The notes under the pieces are model-generated. The model ran no database searches. It saw nothing but the letters and a program-made list of their open reading frames with translations, and was not told the origin of the DNA. DNA of 64,000 bases from Negaprion brevirostris (taxonomy: Eukaryota). The first letter of the stretch is position 1, and each line of letters opens with the position of its first letter. Both the position numbers and the translations under genes were made by a program. Positions 62,456-64,000 of the stretch are shown here, piece after piece. The stretch covers positions 79,674,098 through 79,738,097 of the forward strand of contig JARDVH010000099.1 of the NCBI GenBank assembly GCA_030324005.1, given 5' to 3'.

Positions 62456-63323
62456 CAGGGAGTTCTCAAACTTATGGTACAGTTGGTTCCTAAAAACCAC
62501 ACAGTAAATCGAAATGTGCAAGTCAGAACCAGTTTTTCTGTAAGAACAATGTTGTAACTGGGGAATTGGCTCCTGAACCAAGGTGCAATAGCCTCATTTC
62601 AACAGTGCACTTGTCAATGTGATTTTGACTTGGCTTATATGGTTGTTCCCTTTCCATTANNNNNNNNNNNNNNNNNNNNNNNNNNNNNNNNNNNNNNNNN
62701 NNNNNNNNNNNNNNNNNNNNNNNNNNNNNNNNNNNNNNNNNNNNNNNNNNNNNNNNNNNTATAGGGTTGTTCCCTTTCCATTAACTTGTGGCCGTGACAC
62801 CACGAACAGTGTTTTGTAAATGTGCTTCACTCCAAGGACCTCAGATTTATCACTTGAAGGGTCATCAAGAGGTCTGTGGTGAAACGATTGACCTGTATAT
62901 TCTTTCTTGCTTCCTGCATTCTAATCAGGATCACCCAATTATTGAGTAACTGCTGGATAGGTTATCTAAAGTACTCGTGATAAGTATTCAGTTATTTAGT
63001 AAAAACTGCATCCCACTCACTAGTTTCCACTTAGTTGGTTTTAAACTGGGCTTTCGGCATGTTAAGTTTGCAAGATGTTGTTTTAGCATAATTGCCTTTG
63101 TGTACTTATGATACAATAGTGCCTACACTTTCAACGACACTTCCATACTGTATCTGAGAAGCAATTTGCCTTCCTGAGGTTGAGAAAAGGCCAAACGTAT
63201 AGAACATAACTGTTAGCAAAGATCAGCTACTCGCTGGTGTGGAGCCAAAGTCAAAACCAGCACTGTAAAGACGAAACAAGTGCCAATCATTGTAACTCAA
63301 ATGTCGTAAAATCGAGGAGTCTA
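62456..63323. mobile_element. Probable Tigger/pogo-derived non-autonomous DNA transposon
   Basis: Left end TA|CAGGGAGTTCTCAAACTTATG and right end CGTAAAATCGAGGAGTCTA|TA form imperfect TIRs with TA flanks; subterminal GTAAATCGAAA/GTAAAGACGAAA repeats. Confidence 0.5.
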
Positions 63324-64000
63324 TATTAATAACAAAGTATGGATTATGTAGGAGAATATGACTTTAGTCTTATTAGCAGCTCAGTTCCCTTTCTATCAAT
63401 GACAGCATAGTACAAAGCCATAGAGCAGATATCATTTATCATCTGGAACAGGAATTTGCACACCAGTTTTCCATGGCCCTTGAGCTATGAAAGAAAATGA
63501 AAAATTAACCCAATCTAATGGATGGCACCGACTGGGAAATGCAGAAGTGTAGAGATAGGGTAAGCACAAGATCAACATTGCCTGTGATGACAACTCCTGC
63601 TCTTCCCCTCAACAAAAAAAACGCCCATCTATATTCAGCACACGTAGATAACATGAAGGGTGAGCAAGCTGCTGGTACACATTTGTCCGAATAGCTCAGC
63701 GTGACTCAGAAGTAAAGGGGGAAAAAAAACGACACTAAAAATGTTGTACTTCAGTAGATATTGTCTAACAAACAGTAGGGAAACCTGCATCACTTTGCTG
63801 TTCTCTGAACTCACTTGTCTGTATAGCGCGCAAGAAACATTACATATGACAATAATAAATCAAATAAAAACTTGCACCCGTTTTGCTACCCAACATATAC
63901 AACATTTTGGTGTTAAAACTTGGTTCCATCTTAGTTAACTGTAGTTAATGGTTCTTGAGACTCGTCCTAATATTTCTCCAATGTTCATAAATTCCCAGAT

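Noticed and set aside
41183-64000. Search for the first coding exon of NRBP1 (..EDESEILEESPCGRWQKRREE) and a promoter CpG island
   Set aside because: Not found by eye. It is probably beyond 64000, or hidden in a gap.

Overview
This is AT-rich, repeat-dense eukaryotic DNA from a gappy short-read assembly. The repeat content (HE1/V-SINE-like SINEs, CR1/HER1-like LINE tails, Deu-domain SINEs, Penelope, RTE, Rex1) points to a cartilaginous fish (shark). The whole window lies inside one gene on the minus strand, the pseudokinase NRBP1. Ten constitutive coding exons can be read by eye (41182 down to 1061), all with GT-AG boundaries and matching phases; the first coding exon and the C-terminal exons lie outside the window. 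The main finding is a compact alternative-splicing module in the 24-kb intron that splits the pseudokinase activation segment. It contains a 24-nt microexon (VFHRIFAN) with an SRRM3/4-type UGC, an upstream CU-rich tract and two tandem RBFOX sites. About 430 nt upstream is a candidate 66-nt frame-preserving exon (GGNPNGRLNKLCKKSLFDLDYY) that I do not recognise. An apparent duplicated exon at ~8.0-8.3 kb is most likely an assembly artefact. The rest is intronic transposon debris, several pieces of it nested. Repeat boundaries are approximate and family names come from recalled consensus motifs, not from a search.
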